Numbered from the stretch's first letter, positions 13,622 through 28,129 are shown. The stretch is 64,000 nucleotides of DNA from Octopus vulgaris (GCA_951406725.2 OX597819.1:67208001-67272000), one strand, 5' to 3'. The notes: generated from the sequence alone by a model not told the origin. Numbers and translations: made by a program.

Positions 13622-13872
13622 AGGCGCAGGAGTGGCTGTGTGGTAAGTAGCTTGCTTACCAACCACATGGTTCCGGGTTCAGTCCCACTGCGTGGCATCT
13701 TGGGCAAGTGTCATCTGCTATAGCCCCGGGCCGACCAATGCCTTGTGAGTGGATTTGGTAGACGGAAACTGAAAGAAGCCTGTCGTATATATGTATATAT
13801 ATGTATGTATGTGTGTGTGTGTGTCTGTGTTTGTCCCCCTAGCATTGCTTGACAACCGATGCTTGACAACCG
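13622..13872 (+). mobile_element. tRNA-derived SINE, family S3 (CORE-like), 3'-truncated
   Basis: aggcgcaggagtggctgtgtggtaag head, box B gggttcagtccc, cttgggcaagtgtc, and an internal microsatellite. Matches the copies at 26685 and 61234. Confidence 0.85.
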
Positions 13873-13924
13873 AGTATAGACAACCACACACACATGCACA
13901 CACACACACACACATATATTTAAC

Positions 13925-14098
13925 ACAACACGTTCTTTTTTTCATTCTCTCTCCATTTTCTCTCATTCCTTTCTGTCGAAGAGCGTAGGTTCGAAACGTA
14001 AAAGACTTTTCCCTTTTTCCTGAGCGTCAAACAAATACACTTGCTTGTTGTTCATGCACTAGTTTTCGTCTTTGTTTTTCAATAAATTCAAACTATAT
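13925..14098 (+). mobile_element. Solo PLE 3' terminus with a CUGUCGA hammerhead-like motif
   Basis: ccttt-CTGTCGA-a-gagc-gtag-gttc-GAA-ACGT-A-aaaga at about 13968-14005. The flanks align to 35880-36025. Confidence 0.75.
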
Positions 14099-14426
14099 TG
14101 CAGGTAGGAAAGTAAATTTCGAACGCAGTAGAGCTGTAAGAAAAGCAGAAAAATCTGGGTATTGTTCCTTGTAAAACGGAATAGAAGTCGCCACCAAAAG
14201 GCTACAGGAGTTGAACTGACTACCTGCTCTACCATTAAGCTAAACGGCCCCTGATAACAATTACCGTCAATTTCAATGCTTCCAAATTTTGTTTCATATA
14301 TCTATCTATATATATATATGTGTGTGTGTGCGTGTGTGCGTGTGTGTATGTGTGTATGTATATATGTATGTATGCATTTATGTATGTATCTTTATACAGA
14401 GAGAGAGAGGGAGAGAGAGAGAAATG

Positions 14427-14429
<3 letters not shown>

Positions 14430-14457
<28 letters not shown>

Positions 14458-14459
14458 GA

Positions 14460-14504
<45 letters not shown>

Positions 14505-14541
14505 CAGACAGATGGATAGACAGACAGACAGACAGACAGAC

Positions 14542-14615
<74 letters not shown>
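14430..14615. repeat. (GATA)n/(GACA)n microsatellite
   Basis: Directly visible tandem tetranucleotide repeat. Confidence 0.95.
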
Positions 14616-14616
<1 letters not shown>

Positions 14617-15680
14617 AAGAAATGGTGAAGGCGTGTGGCTTAGCGATTGAGGTGTTGCACGCAAAATCGTGATTTGATTTGCCAAGTGATGCGTTGCGAT
14701 CTTGAGGAAGTCTCTCTATATCACTTTGCTCCACTTGATTCCGCTCTGAATGAACAACATTCCGAAGGATTGTTTCCCAACTTAGGAATACTCTTGTGAT
14801 TATGATCATTCATAGTCTTTGAGCCCTGTTAACCGCACTAAAATATCCAGGATTTGGAGATAAAAAGACATTCTCATAACAGTACTTTTTTTTTTAAAGT
14901 CTGTTATGTTACATTATACAGCAAATGGCATTCCTTTCGTTGGTGTGTTATCATCCGATTATTTTCTAATCATTTCTTGCCGTGAGATTTATTCTCGTAT
15001 TAACATATCAAATTACAAACCGAATGTTCTCTTAAACCTGAGTTATACTTCTAACCTATTTCTAACCAAATATGTTTTTTTTATCAACAAATCTTAGCAT
15101 GCATCCGTACACATAACATATTACGTCACATGCTGGTGTTGTAGCGTTATGCATAATTGACGTCATTCCTGCCTTGCTCTCGGGAACCGTAAACAAACAC
15201 CTGAATATCATTTGAACTCATGAACTGTAAGCAATCAATCGAATACATTATGGTTTCTGACTTAACATCTCTATCCTTAATGGCTATTTAATACTCCGTC
15301 TCCAATCCCCATCTCTCGCTCTATATCTTTCACTGTGTTTCTTACTCTTTCTCTCTGCATCGATCTTCCTCCTTACACATTGCTTTACCTTTCTTTCACA
15401 TATAACCTCTCGCTTTTTTTATGCATGTTCTTCGTTGCTTAACTACAATTTTTTTTTTTAAATTACTTTTACTTTTTGTTTTTAATTATTTTCTCCTTTG
15501 CATTCCTACCTTTAAATTTAATTCATCTTTACCTCTTTCTTTATTTTTTCTTATTCATTCTATATTTTCTTACAACATATTCCCGCCACCTCGATTGACG
15601 TTCATATTTTGAAAATTTCTTTGAATCATCCATAACATTAATTCTTTGCTTTTAACCTTTGTTTATTTTTTATATACTTC

Positions 15681-15772
<92 letters not shown>

Positions 15773-15817
15773 TGTATGTATGTATGTATGTATGTATGTA
15801 TGTGTGTGTGTGCATGC

Positions 15818-15861
<44 letters not shown>

Positions 15862-16585
15862 GTTGTATTATATGATTTATTTTCCTGTTTTCATTTTCCC
15901 ATATAGCCGTTGTGAATTTTTCGTTTTATTTTCTTCATCGTATGCAGAAGTTATTTTATCTCATGTTTGTTGATACTTCAACGTTTTGTGCGGCGGGGCA
16001 AGATGGCGGCAGTAGATGAAGCGAGTCTTATTTTTATATTTGTAATTTCTTTTTTTCTCTATGGATCTATTTTAAAAATGATTTTTGTTACAATTGCATT
16101 TCTTTGTATATTTGTATTTTCTTTTTAACTTCCATAACATCATTTTTTTCCTGTACATCATTCATTTTTATTTTATTATTTCATTATTTTCTTCTTTATT
16201 TCCTTCCTCTCCATCCTCTCTTCTTTCCTTCGTTTATTCTTTGTTTCTCTTGATTCGCATAATGTTCTTCCTCACTTTCTTTCATTCTCTTTTTCTTTCT
16301 GTCCAATTTTCCATTCTCTTTACGATCAACTCTAAAACCGTTAAAGAATACTGCATAGAAGCAAGTATGTCGGCATGATGCTAATAAATACTTTGAAAAA
16401 TCGATTTTCTTTACAAAATAGATGTCTTAGTGGTCTCAAACGTGTCTTAAAATACGAAATCAAGAATTATAAACACATGTACACACTATAATCTGGCACA
16501 AAAAAATCAAACACGCTCATTTATACGCATACACACAACCACACGCGTACTCAGAAATGCACCTATTTATACACACAAGCATACA

Positions 16586-16649
<64 letters not shown>

Positions 16650-16867
16650 ATACACCCACGTAGAGACAGATAATAAAATAAACCAAATGCGGAAAAACTG
16701 TATAAAAAATAAACACTTTCATTTAGAAGGAGAATACATGTTATACAGCCAAATGCACATACATGCGTACATGCATAGACACACACACACGCACACCTAT
16801 ATATTTATATATATATATATATATGTATATATGTGTGTGTACATACATTTATATGCGTATATATATG

Positions 16868-16906
<39 letters not shown>

Positions 16907-17380
16907 TTACATACGCACGTATATATGCATACATATACATATATGCATATTTTATGACTGCGTACGTTTGTGTGTGTGTGTGTGTGTTTGTGCGTGTGTG
17001 TGTATGTGTGCGTCCATGTGTGTGTAAATATAAACATATTCACACAAACACATACATACTGAATGTACGTTTAAAAAAAAGATTAAAAATCTCTACACCG
17101 ACATAGAAACGTTATCACAACCCCGCAGCAAATCAAAATGATAGATTTGATGTTTAATGATTGAATGAATTATTTGCTAAACGCCTCGGATTTCATACAA
17201 ATAGTGTTGAATCTTGAGAATAAAAATGGCGGGGGGAAGGAAATGGAGGGAAGAAAACGCTAAGACAATGATGAGTTATTGCTTCTGTTACACAAGGAAA
17301 TGTGTGTGCTGATTTGATTTTCGCAGGATGATAACGGAGAATATTCTGTCCAATCAGGGAAAAGATCTGCTGTTCGCATA

Positions 17381-17463
<83 letters not shown>

Positions 17464-17493
17464 AATCTATATATCTATCTATCTATCTCTCAA

Positions 17494-17541
<48 letters not shown>

Positions 17542-18894
17542 CCTCTCTCTCTGATAATGCTATGTGTTTCTTGCAGGCATATTTGTATGTGGTCATGACA
17601 TTCTATTCTCAGTAATTATGTTTTTCGGTTTCGATTCTACGGCGTCGTAACGTGGGTAGATAATTTATCAGTACGTCGATTTAATCGTATGAGATTATTT
17701 TGTAAGCGGTACTCCGAAATCTCAGATATTCTTCAATGGTTTATGCATTGACTCTTTCTTTATTCAAGTGCCATGTTTTACGAAAAATTGTCAAGTACTA
17801 GGTTCGATTAGTTCGACTTAAATAAACCTGTATCTGTTGTTCACCGCTTGCGATATGAAATGAAGTGTGGAAAATCATGCTTGAAGCATTTCTACATAAA
17901 ACACGTTTCGAGAGAATGTGTAAGAAATTGCTTTAAGAGTAAGTCGGTAAATGATTAAAGCTCTAAATAAAGATATTTTATTCCACATTTTAAAGATAGT
18001 AGGTTAGAAAAATTGTTAAAAATTTTAGTAGCATGTCTTCCGATAGTTTAAGTTCTGATTTAGAAGTCCATCCGAAGTCATTTTGTCCTTTCAGTAGCAA
18101 TAAAATAACCATCAGTCAATTTCTAAAGCTTTGAACCCTGTAACACGCTGGTGCCTTTTGAAGGTTCTGATTTGGGTGGTTATACGACACTGAGACCAGA
18201 AAATAGCGTTTACGATACCTAGGGCTCCAACGAATATCATATTTTTAATGGTATGTATCTTTACTATGCTGTTTATGTTCCTTAAGAGATACAACATACC
18301 AGTTTGCGATTCAATAAATATCAGAATATAGTGCCAAATTCAATATCAAGAGAGGAAGAAACAACAACATGCTCAGTTCAGTGTGTGATTTTTTTCTTGT
18401 TCCTTTTCATGCTCCCAAAATCGGAATCTCGCTTTCATATGATTCGGAAATATATTGAGATTATTAGAAGTAATGAAGATCGAATATTAGTCACTTGATG
18501 TAGTAAACGTGTTTTCAAATCGGAGAGGGTGGCCCGTGTCTTGTAAAGCCGTCGAAAGGAACGCCTCTGAAACTATGTACATTAACTTCCGATGAACGCT
18601 AACACTAATCAACGTCCGGTAATTTAGATTGACAGGACTTGGACAAAGAAGCTGTTTGCAGGTTTCTAACCACGAGAGAGTGACTGCCTTGCTATGTCAG
18701 TTTGAGCTTGATATCCCATATGTGAAAAATTGTTATAAGTTTAATGCCATTTTTCGACGAAGAAAGACGTGTATCCCATTGCGTAATGGATTAAAATTCA
18801 GAAAAGTGAAACATTCTAGTCCATCGAAACATTCCGGTTTTCTAGTCATAGAATAACAAGTCATTCTAGTCAGTCTAGTTTGTTTTGATGTTTT

Positions 18895-19300
18895 GAGGAA
18901 GGGGGTTAGCCGATGCCGTCGATCACAGTGCTAGATTGATACTTGTTTTCTCGACACCAAATCGATAGGAGTCAAAGTCCCCATCAGCTGAGTTTTAACT
19001 CAGGACACAAGGACAGACGAAATGCTGCTGCTAGCATTTTGCCCTACGTGCTAATAACGAGTCTACCATCTCATCGCCTTCAGAATTTATTCCTACTATA
19101 GGCACAAAGCCTGAAATTTGGGTGGAGAAGGGTTTGGTGATTGCCTCAAGTTCAGTGCACAGCAGCTACTTATTTTATCGGCCTCGAAAAGATGAAAGGC
19201 AAAGTCGACCTTGGTAGAATTTAAACTCAGAACTAAAAAACGGACGGAATGTCATCAAACACTTTGTCCAGCGTGCTAGCGTTTCTGCCAGCTAGTCACC
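18895..19300 (-). mobile_element. Two older tandem S4 SINE copies
   Basis: Degenerate aaaggcaaagtcgacc..gaatttaaactcagaac motifs occur twice. Confidence 0.65.
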
Positions 19301-20463
19301 CGTGTTCCCTTTATAATAATTGAAAATAAAGTATCACTGTCATTATGTTTAGGTTACTCAACTGTATTGCTTAAGTTAGCTGCAAAGTTTAGAAGTGCAG
19401 CCTTCATAGCCTCCCCAAAGGGTATCCGTGCAATATCATATGTGTCATTTATCTAGAAATTGTAACATAATACTGGGCTAATACAAATCCAAATTATTAT
19501 TGATTTACTAAAGCTGAATTCTTTAAAGGTATCTAAGTTTGGCTATCAAATCCGAATTCTTTATAACAATAACACAATCCCTTTTATCAGTGAAATTTAT
19601 ATGGTTTTAATAGCATTTCGGGGACTTCATGAATGGCTTTGTAGAAACGGTCATAGAAGAGAGAATTTCTTAACTTTGTTCCGACTTGGGACAAATTGTA
19701 AATATTCTGCGTACGAAGATACTGCTGAATTTGCGGGTTTATGGCCCATACTTACTGCGTCATAAACCTCTGCAGCGTTCTTCCTTTTCCTTTAGGATAA
19801 TGAGCAGAGTTTCCGAATATAAACTAGTAATAAACACCCATCATGGACTGGACTTAAGTTCGTATACCAATTCAAAGGTAGGAATCACGCAACCGATGCC
19901 AACTGATTGTAGCCTCAATAAAATCTTTATCTGTTACTTTACTGAAACATTTGACTGAGGCCATGCTAAGGTTTTGTAGGATTTGCCACATATAAGTCAG
20001 ATTCCAATGCAATGCACGCACACACGCAAAAAATAAACGCATATGTATGTATGTGTATTTTGTATTTTTCTATCTGCCTATCTGTCTATGTATCTATTTG
20101 TTTCTCTATCAATCTGTCTATCTATTTATCTATCTATTTTTTCTTTGTCTTTGTCTTTCTTTCTTTCTTTCTTTCTATATTCTATATATATATATATTAA
20201 ATACAGGGGTGGTGGTGCAAAAGCAGGTATACAGTAAGTATCACATCAATGTTATAATACTTAAATCATTTAAATTAAATTAGTTATCAGTAGTTATCAT
20301 TTGTGATATTTTCGGTGTCATTAATAATAATAATACTTTTATCATAACGATAATAATAATTTTATTGTAAATTTTAAATCTTTTGATAGACATAAATGAG
20401 TATTGTTCGGGTTTTCTTTTTCCACAACTGTATACCTACTGTTGCGCCACCCTGTGTATTATG

Positions 20464-20514
<51 letters not shown>

Positions 20515-20606
20515 ATGCATACACACACACACACGCATATATATAATATATATATATATTTATATATATACATACATACATACATACATACATACATACA
20601 TACATA

Positions 20607-20786
20607 CATGCATATGGATCAAAGCCGTTTGAGTGAAATTCGTTGGTACTCTTGAGTTTCAAGCATGATGCTAGTCGTCAGTCATTTTGAATTTGATCAA
20701 ATTCAAAATGGCTGACAACTACCATCACACTTGAAACTCAAAGTTACCAACGAATTTGAATCAAGCAGTTTTGATCTATACATGTA
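20607..20786. repeat. Spacerless 180 bp palindrome with a hammerhead motif in each arm
   Basis: Centre is ttttgaatttga|tcaaattcaaaa at 20696/20697 and the arms pair imperfectly to the ends. The minus arm reads CTGACGA-ct-agca-tca-tgct-t-GAA-ACTC-aa-GAGT-A-cca. Confidence 0.85.
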
Positions 20787-21279
20787 TCTCCCAATAAATT
20801 GGTTGAGTGCCCTTCTTTCGTTTGCCCAGTCACTCGTATATATTGGCTCCTCCCGCGTCCATTAGGACTTACCCCCTGCGCAATCCCACTAAGTTTGTTC
20901 GATAGCTGCAAAGCTTATTTTGTTGTACTTGTGGTATTATTATCATTATATTTCTTCCGTTGTATATAACCGTAAGTTTTCGTGCTGTTATATATTCATA
21001 AGTATTCGTGTGTTGTATCTTCATAAAGTCTTGTTTCTTTCTGTCACAGTATACATTCGCCTGCTTTCTCCCAGTTTGGGCTCTTGCTACGTCCATTTGG
21101 ACTTAACCCATTTCATGCTGCGCAACCCCACAAATTCCATCGATTGTTGCAGAGATCTTTTTGTTATATTGGTGGTATTTGCATAATAATAATTATTATT
21201 TGTCCGTTACATATAGCCGGAAGTCTTCGTACTGATATAAAGGCATAATTTGTCGTGTTTTATATTATATCTTGTTTGT

Positions 21280-21505
21280 TTCTTATTTCGTTATTGTCTA
21301 CAAGGGGACAAACACAGAGAGGACAAACAAAGGGATTAAGTCAATTGCATTGACCCCAGTGCGTAACTGGTACTTAATTTATCGACCCCGAAAGGATGAA
21401 AGGCAAAGTCGACCTCGGCGGAATTTGAACTCAGAACGTAACGGCAGGCGAAATACCTATAAGCATTTCACCCGGCGTGCTAACGATTCTGCCAGCTCGC
21501 CACCT
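21280..21505 (-). mobile_element. S4 SINE monomer with the long (Tx1-like) tail
   Basis: Complete S4 body ending in gccagctcgccacct, with the tail tatttcgttattgtctacaaggggacaaacacagag. Confidence 0.85.
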
Positions 21506-23439
21506 TGTTTGTTTCTGTCTCAGTATGCAGTCGCTAGCTTTTTCCCAGTAGCTTAATAACAGCACTGGCGCCTCCAAGATTGAGTCGTCGTCTCAATGAT
21601 AATGGCACAAAACCAGGATGATATTTTGGCTCATTGACCTACGAGGAAAATTCAGCTGCGAATTATCCGTATATTTTTTCCTTGTTGTGTTCTGTCTATT
21701 CAACCCTTGACATATATGTATATGTGGGCTCTCCTTACAGTTTTCATGTCAAAAATTCACTCACAAATCCTTAATGGGCTCAGAGTTGTCCAAAGTGACT
21801 CACTTGCCCAAGGTGCCGCACAGTGGGATTGAACACGAATCCCCTTAGCTATAAAGTGATATTCTTAGCCAGAATAGTATGTCAGCGATTATATTAACAT
21901 AACTCTAAGGATGCATAATTTTCTTTATTGCAGTGTGTAATTTATCAAGTGAATAGATATTCGTTCAGAAACTCGTTTCGCAGGTAACTTATTACCTGCC
22001 TATTATTCACCGTATTATAGTTCCGTTAGAATGCTATATTTTCCATATAAATTTTCTGCCCTTTTGTATTTGCGTTTGAATTACCTGGATATAAAACATA
22101 TTGTCGTGGAGCATATGCTATGACATTTTGTTAATAATATCTTCGAATTACAATGCTTCTGTTCATAAAGCAGATATTCATTCTTTTATAATAGAATATT
22201 ATGTAATTTCAATGTACTCTGCTTACATTGTATAGCAGCGAAGAGGGATTTTCTGAATGTTTAAGTATTGCGTTGATACAATGTTATATAATGACGTCGA
22301 ACAATTTGAGCTGAGAATGTATAGTACTGTTCCAAATGATTGTCTTTCGATGGTTTTTGTTACAACAATATCTCTGCGGTGTCGATTCCTCAGACTAGCC
22401 GTTAAATAAGATCCCGTATAAGGAAGTGGTTAAAACATTCAAAGTTTTTTCAACAAAATATTGCACTTTTGCTTACAAAATGGAATTTCCTTTACCTTTC
22501 AAAACGATTTAAGAATTAGACATTTGCCCAAAATATTTTGTTACTTTGTCAAGCTGTTGGAACTCCTTTTCCGCAATTACCGTGTAGGAAGTTATACATC
22601 TTGACGTGTAAAAATTATAGTAATAATAGCGAGACTGTATTATATTTTATATGATAATATTCAGACAAAGGAAGAGACAGACAACAGAGGCAAACAAGGC
22701 CTGTTTATAATGGTATATGACTCAGGTACATTTGCGTTGTGAAATATTATATAAGGAAAGCTAAAATCTCAAACGAACTGGATATATCATATATACATGG
22801 ATGTTGAAATTTCAATTAATTATACAGTTATGGAAATATACTCACCTTTTGGTTATTTATAAAATTAATTTATGATAAGCATAGAATTGACTGGTCTATT
22901 TTCGGGTGAGTACAAATTTATTTCCTGTTTACGATTATATTTTTCAAAGAAGACTCAATATTTTCCTGTTCGGATTTCCATGTTACTTACATCGCCAGGA
23001 TGACTTATTGTTTCATTTAAATTAGCTGCTGAGAATAGTCAAGAAATTATATAAGCATGACAGATTGTCATTCTGTCTTGAGATAAATAAGTCCTTCATC
23101 ACACCACGAATCTGAAGACACCCACTCACATCCTTTCTAGATTTCAGGACACAGGAAATGTTAACGAGAAGTTGGATGAGACAACGCACTGTGTGTGTTG
23201 GATATGATTTTTAGCCGAGTCGTTCACGAACATCAACGGATTAGTGTGTGTGTGCTTGAGAGGCATATAGGTATACCGAGAGAAGCACAGGCATACCGAG
23301 AGGCACATATATTAATAACATTAATTGTTGAAGCTAATGGAGAACATAGCAGATGAAGTAGATTGCCAACATCCTGTACTCTTTTCTGCTACGCAGCAGA
23401 TATTTTGCCTTCAATCATCTCCAACAAGAAAAAAAGAAA

Positions 23440-23580
23440 GAAAGGAAGGAAGGAAGGAAGGAAGGAAGGAAGGAAGGAAGGAAGGAAGGAAGGAAGGAAG
23501 GAAGGAAGGAAGGAAGGAAGGAAGGAAGGAAGGCAGGAAGGAAGGAAGGAAGGAAGGAAGGAAGGAAGGAAGGAAGGAAG
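23440..23580. repeat. (GAAG)n microsatellite
   Basis: Directly visible. Confidence 0.95.
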
Positions 23581-25027
23581 ATGCGTTTATAATATACAGA
23601 ATCACAGAAAAAAAAATGTTAAATGAATTTCTAAAACACTTTGCATATTTAATTAAGAGTTTCATCTGGAAAAAGGTGTAAGATTTACAGAAACTACATT
23701 GTTAAGCAGAAGCAAAAAGACAGTATTGAAAATTTCAAATCAGAGTTAGTTCGCCGTAGACAAAGGCAGTTTTAGATGAATACATCTAAGGAACATTTAC
23801 CTTAACAGTTCATTGCCAGATGTGTCATGTTTGAATTTATTGCGCTTCCCAAGAGAGAAGTGAAATATCTAGTTTTTATAGTAAAGGTTCTTATACAACA
23901 ATAAGTGCCCAAACTCTGTTGCATTCGTGAAATGAGATGAATATAAAACGCTTAGAGTTATAAAACTTTCAGACGGAATAAAACTTCAGAAAAGTAATGT
24001 ATCTCATCACTGGCCTAGCATTTACATAGCTGAGAAAGAAAGCAGGAAGCTACAGATAAACGTCAAAAATAACGAAGATAATAACCAACCGTCAACGACT
24101 AGCTGTTGAAGATCGAATCCTACAAACGGCGACCGCACCTGTTCACCGTCAGGAAAACGCTGCTGCCTACGCCTGCGCATCACTAGTTACGGCAAGCCCA
24201 GTCCTTCACTCAGCAGATATTGACAGCAACTGGACTGCCTAACTAATGGAACACGAACCCCTCGATGAAAAGAGGAGGATTGAACGCTCTATTTTGTTAT
24301 CGTGTATATTATTGTGCCTTATTCTGCTCAATACCACAGATTTGCTTGTCAGTTGTTTGACCTTAACAAGTTGAGCATGTTTCTAATTGGCTGACGATTT
24401 GTGCATCTCTGATCACGAGCAGAGGTAGTGGGGTAGCATCATTGCTATGCGTTGAGATGAATTCTTTACGGGTTTGAATAATTCACCTCTGGAAAGATGG
24501 GTGTTTCGTTCAACATCCTTAAAGAAACCTTATACAGGGACCTTTTGATCATGATGGCCTACTCGACCTGAGGAAAATTCTAATTGGGCCCCACCTACAA
24601 GGTCATGCGCTGTTTATTGGGCTTCGTATAATTATACCTCAGTGTCACTTTGATGGCATGGGCTGCTCTCTCACACAATAATAATAAAAAACTGGTTCTG
24701 AATTTTCTAATCTGTAATTGGTATATTAAATAATAATATGAATAGCTCTAATGCAGTGCCAGCAGTAGCTCTCTTGGATTATGATCTTAACTGATTGCAA
24801 GTGTTAAAATGTACATGTTTTGTCATGCATTTTCCCAAATTATTTGACAAAAATAAAACTGAGTATGCTTATTTCTTATTATTTGAACTGCTAGGGTTAT
24901 TTTCGCAGTTTATCTAGTACAACACTTAAACAATTAAGTGGCATTTTTCTAAACAATATATCGACTTATTTCGGTTAGTGACTTACTCAAGAATATAACA
25001 ACACTAGCGCCGCTGAGGGTAATATTC

Positions 25028-25365
25028 TCTAGGAACGCACAAAATCGCTTTTCAGAGTTATTTCTTTTGAATTATTATCTCATAACTGATTAACCTGTTA
25101 TTGCGTAACATGCTTCACGATTCTAGTATACATACGTTATTAGGAATTCCACCTATGTTCTATACGTTCTGGGAACGCATAAAAGTCCTTTTGAGGGCTA
25201 CTTTATTTGAATTTTTACTATCGGGTAACTAATTTCATATTATTACATAACTGACTTCACAATTTAGGTATTCACAAGCTATTTGGAATTCCTAGCAACC
25301 ATATCCTGTGTAAGACAGTTCGTTTTTTTCTGTAAATGCACAAAAAACGTTTTCAAGGCTACACA
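25028..25365. repeat. Diverged tandem repeat with a 140-160 bp period (about 2.3 units)
   Basis: Units start tctaggaacgcacaaaa (25028), tctgggaacgcataaaa (25169) and tctgtaaatgcacaaaa (25329). The first two also share tttgaatt, cttcac and ggaattcc in register. Confidence 0.65.
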
Positions 25366-25454
25366 CTTTGTATTGCTATTGGACTAGCGAAACAATTATG
25401 AGAACGGATCCAGAGGATAAAACCCGCTTTCCCGGGAATTGCCGTGTACCTCAA

Positions 25455-25586
<132 letters not shown>

Positions 25587-26684
25587 CAGTATATATTATA
25601 TACTCGGCTGGCTTCACACGGTCTTCCACTATCAAATTCATTTACAAAGCATTGGAAGGTCCGAAGTTGTAGCAGAAAGTTCTCCCTAGATGTACTATGT
25701 TGCAGAATCGAATTTGAAATCACGTAATCGCAAAGCCACCTTATTTACCACATTGCAATGGCTATGCTGATGAGTTTAACAAAACTGGCGGAAGCTCTTT
25801 GCCACTTTCAAAAAATCATTCCAATGTTGATAGTCCCAAATGGGGCCATATCAGATACCAAGCCTATAAAAACAGGTACTACACTTTGATCTCGCACATC
25901 CAGCACGGTATGCATATGTTGTATTTCAATTAGAATGCCTGGATTTGAGACACATCTGTAATAGAAAATAAGAAATGTGTTGAAGACGATGTAGAAATCA
26001 ACCGAAATTTAAATAAACTGATTGCGAAGAGAATGTAAGACTCAAACATCCATTGATACCACTTTACCACCATCTGGTTGTTGAAAATATATATGGCAGA
26101 GTGCTATTTAATCGTTGAGAAAAATGCTAATGTAAGAAATTTCATTTCCTTTCTGATAAAATTTGAGATATAGTATCACATAATAATATTGTATACCATT
26201 ATCTAATGTGTGACAATAAAATGTGATTCGAATGAGCCGTTCCCGTAGGAAGAGGCACGACAAAGAGTCAACTTTAGATTTGATAAATTGTAAGTTCGAG
26301 CAGTGTTGTGCTGTGGACAAGAAGAATCTTAGGTTTTGGACAGAATATCGGAACTATCTTCAATGAAGTGCTTAGCGCAAAACAGCGGTGCACTATTTCT
26401 TTCGGTGGCACAAAATCAATTTCATTGCCTGAAATATTTTTATTCATTTTGCTGACGCAGAATTATAATGTTTTGGTTGGTTCATTAATTATTGATTTCT
26501 ATTAAAGTGGAAAGAAACATCTAACCAGAGGGCAATATTATTTTGTTATTTATGAACTTCTTAAATAAAACAAATTTGAGCTTAATAGAATGAAATATAT
26601 CATAAGATATCTATATTCTATTAAATTCAATTTCGTTTGAAACTTGAATTTCAGAAGTTTTCAGAATTTTTTTCCCGTTAACAT

Positions 26685-26848
26685 AGGCGCATGAGTGTCT
26701 CGGTGGTAAGTAGCTTGCTTACGAACCACATGGTTCCGGGTTCACTCCCACTGCATGACACCTTGGGCAAGTGGCTTCTACTATAGCCTCGAGCCGACCA
26801 AATCCTTGTGAGTGGATCTGGTAGACGGAAACTGAGAGAAGTCCGTCG

Positions 26849-26913
<65 letters not shown>

Positions 26914-27118
26914 CTGTTTGTGTTTGTGTTTGTGTGCGTATGCTTGTCTCCCTAGCATCGCTTGATAATAGATGCTGGTGTGTTTACGTCCCCGTAAGAG
27001 ATCGATAGAATAAGTACTATGCTTACAAAGAATAAGTCATGGTTAGATTTGCTCGACCAAAAGCGCTGCTCCAGCATGGCCGCAGTCAAATGACAGAAAC
27101 AAGTAATAGAATAAAAGA
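26685..27118 (+). mobile_element. SINE family S3, near full length
   Basis: Head, CORE-like segment, internal (TA)n(TG)n and tail gctccagcatggccgcagtcaaatgacagaaac. Confidence 0.85.
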
Positions 27119-27784
27119 ACAACATGACGATTGGCCAATTTATTATCAAAAGGAATGTTTTCTCTATTGTTCCTTCATAACTCTATGGCGTATGGTATAC
27201 TTAGGTAAATTCATCAGCAGCGGAATTCAGAAATCTTGAAAAAAAAACAGCAATAAAGATTCAAACCTTTCCTCTGCACTTTAACTATTACTGATATTTA
27301 AATATTTAATGTCGATCCAACAGCAAATCTCTACGTCATAGATTCAATTGTAGAAAATAGTAGGTTGGTCACTCGTAATTAATATCGCAACGTCTTGCAT
27401 ATGAACTTGACAAACCACTACAAATGCAGGATGAAATTACAGAGTCACGACTATTACCAGTTTGATCGTACGTCTGCTCAACCACAGTTGACCGTGGGTG
27501 AAAGCAAGGAAAATATGTTACAACAAATCTATAACACAACACAAGTGATTCATCAATATTTCATCAATGCCTATGGGATAAATACTTTCCAGCATTTCTG
27601 TCAACTATTTATAAGAAGGAAACATATAACGCAGATGTTGGCGTTGCTTTCAAGTTTATGGTTGACGGATTAAGATATGCATTAGGTACGATACTACTGT
27701 CTTTTTGATGTAGCGTATATTCAACGGAAATGCATGGGAATATGAAAATTTGTAAACAAGTTGCTATATACATTGGCATGCATA

Positions 27785-27831
<47 letters not shown>

Positions 27832-27834
27832 TTA

Positions 27835-27931
<97 letters not shown>

Positions 27932-28079
27932 GTATATGTATATATATATATACATATATGTATGTGTGTGTATATATATATATATACATACGTACATATA
28001 CATATATATCCACATATATATACATCCATATATATATATACATAAATATATATATATAAATATACATATATACGCTTGC

Positions 28080-28129
<50 letters not shown>

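Noticed and set aside
22985-23260. Minus-strand donor gat|gtaagt at 22990 ending a stretch of complex sequence
   Set aside because: It is a single splice signal with no acceptor or open frame. It could be a non-coding first exon but cannot be supported.
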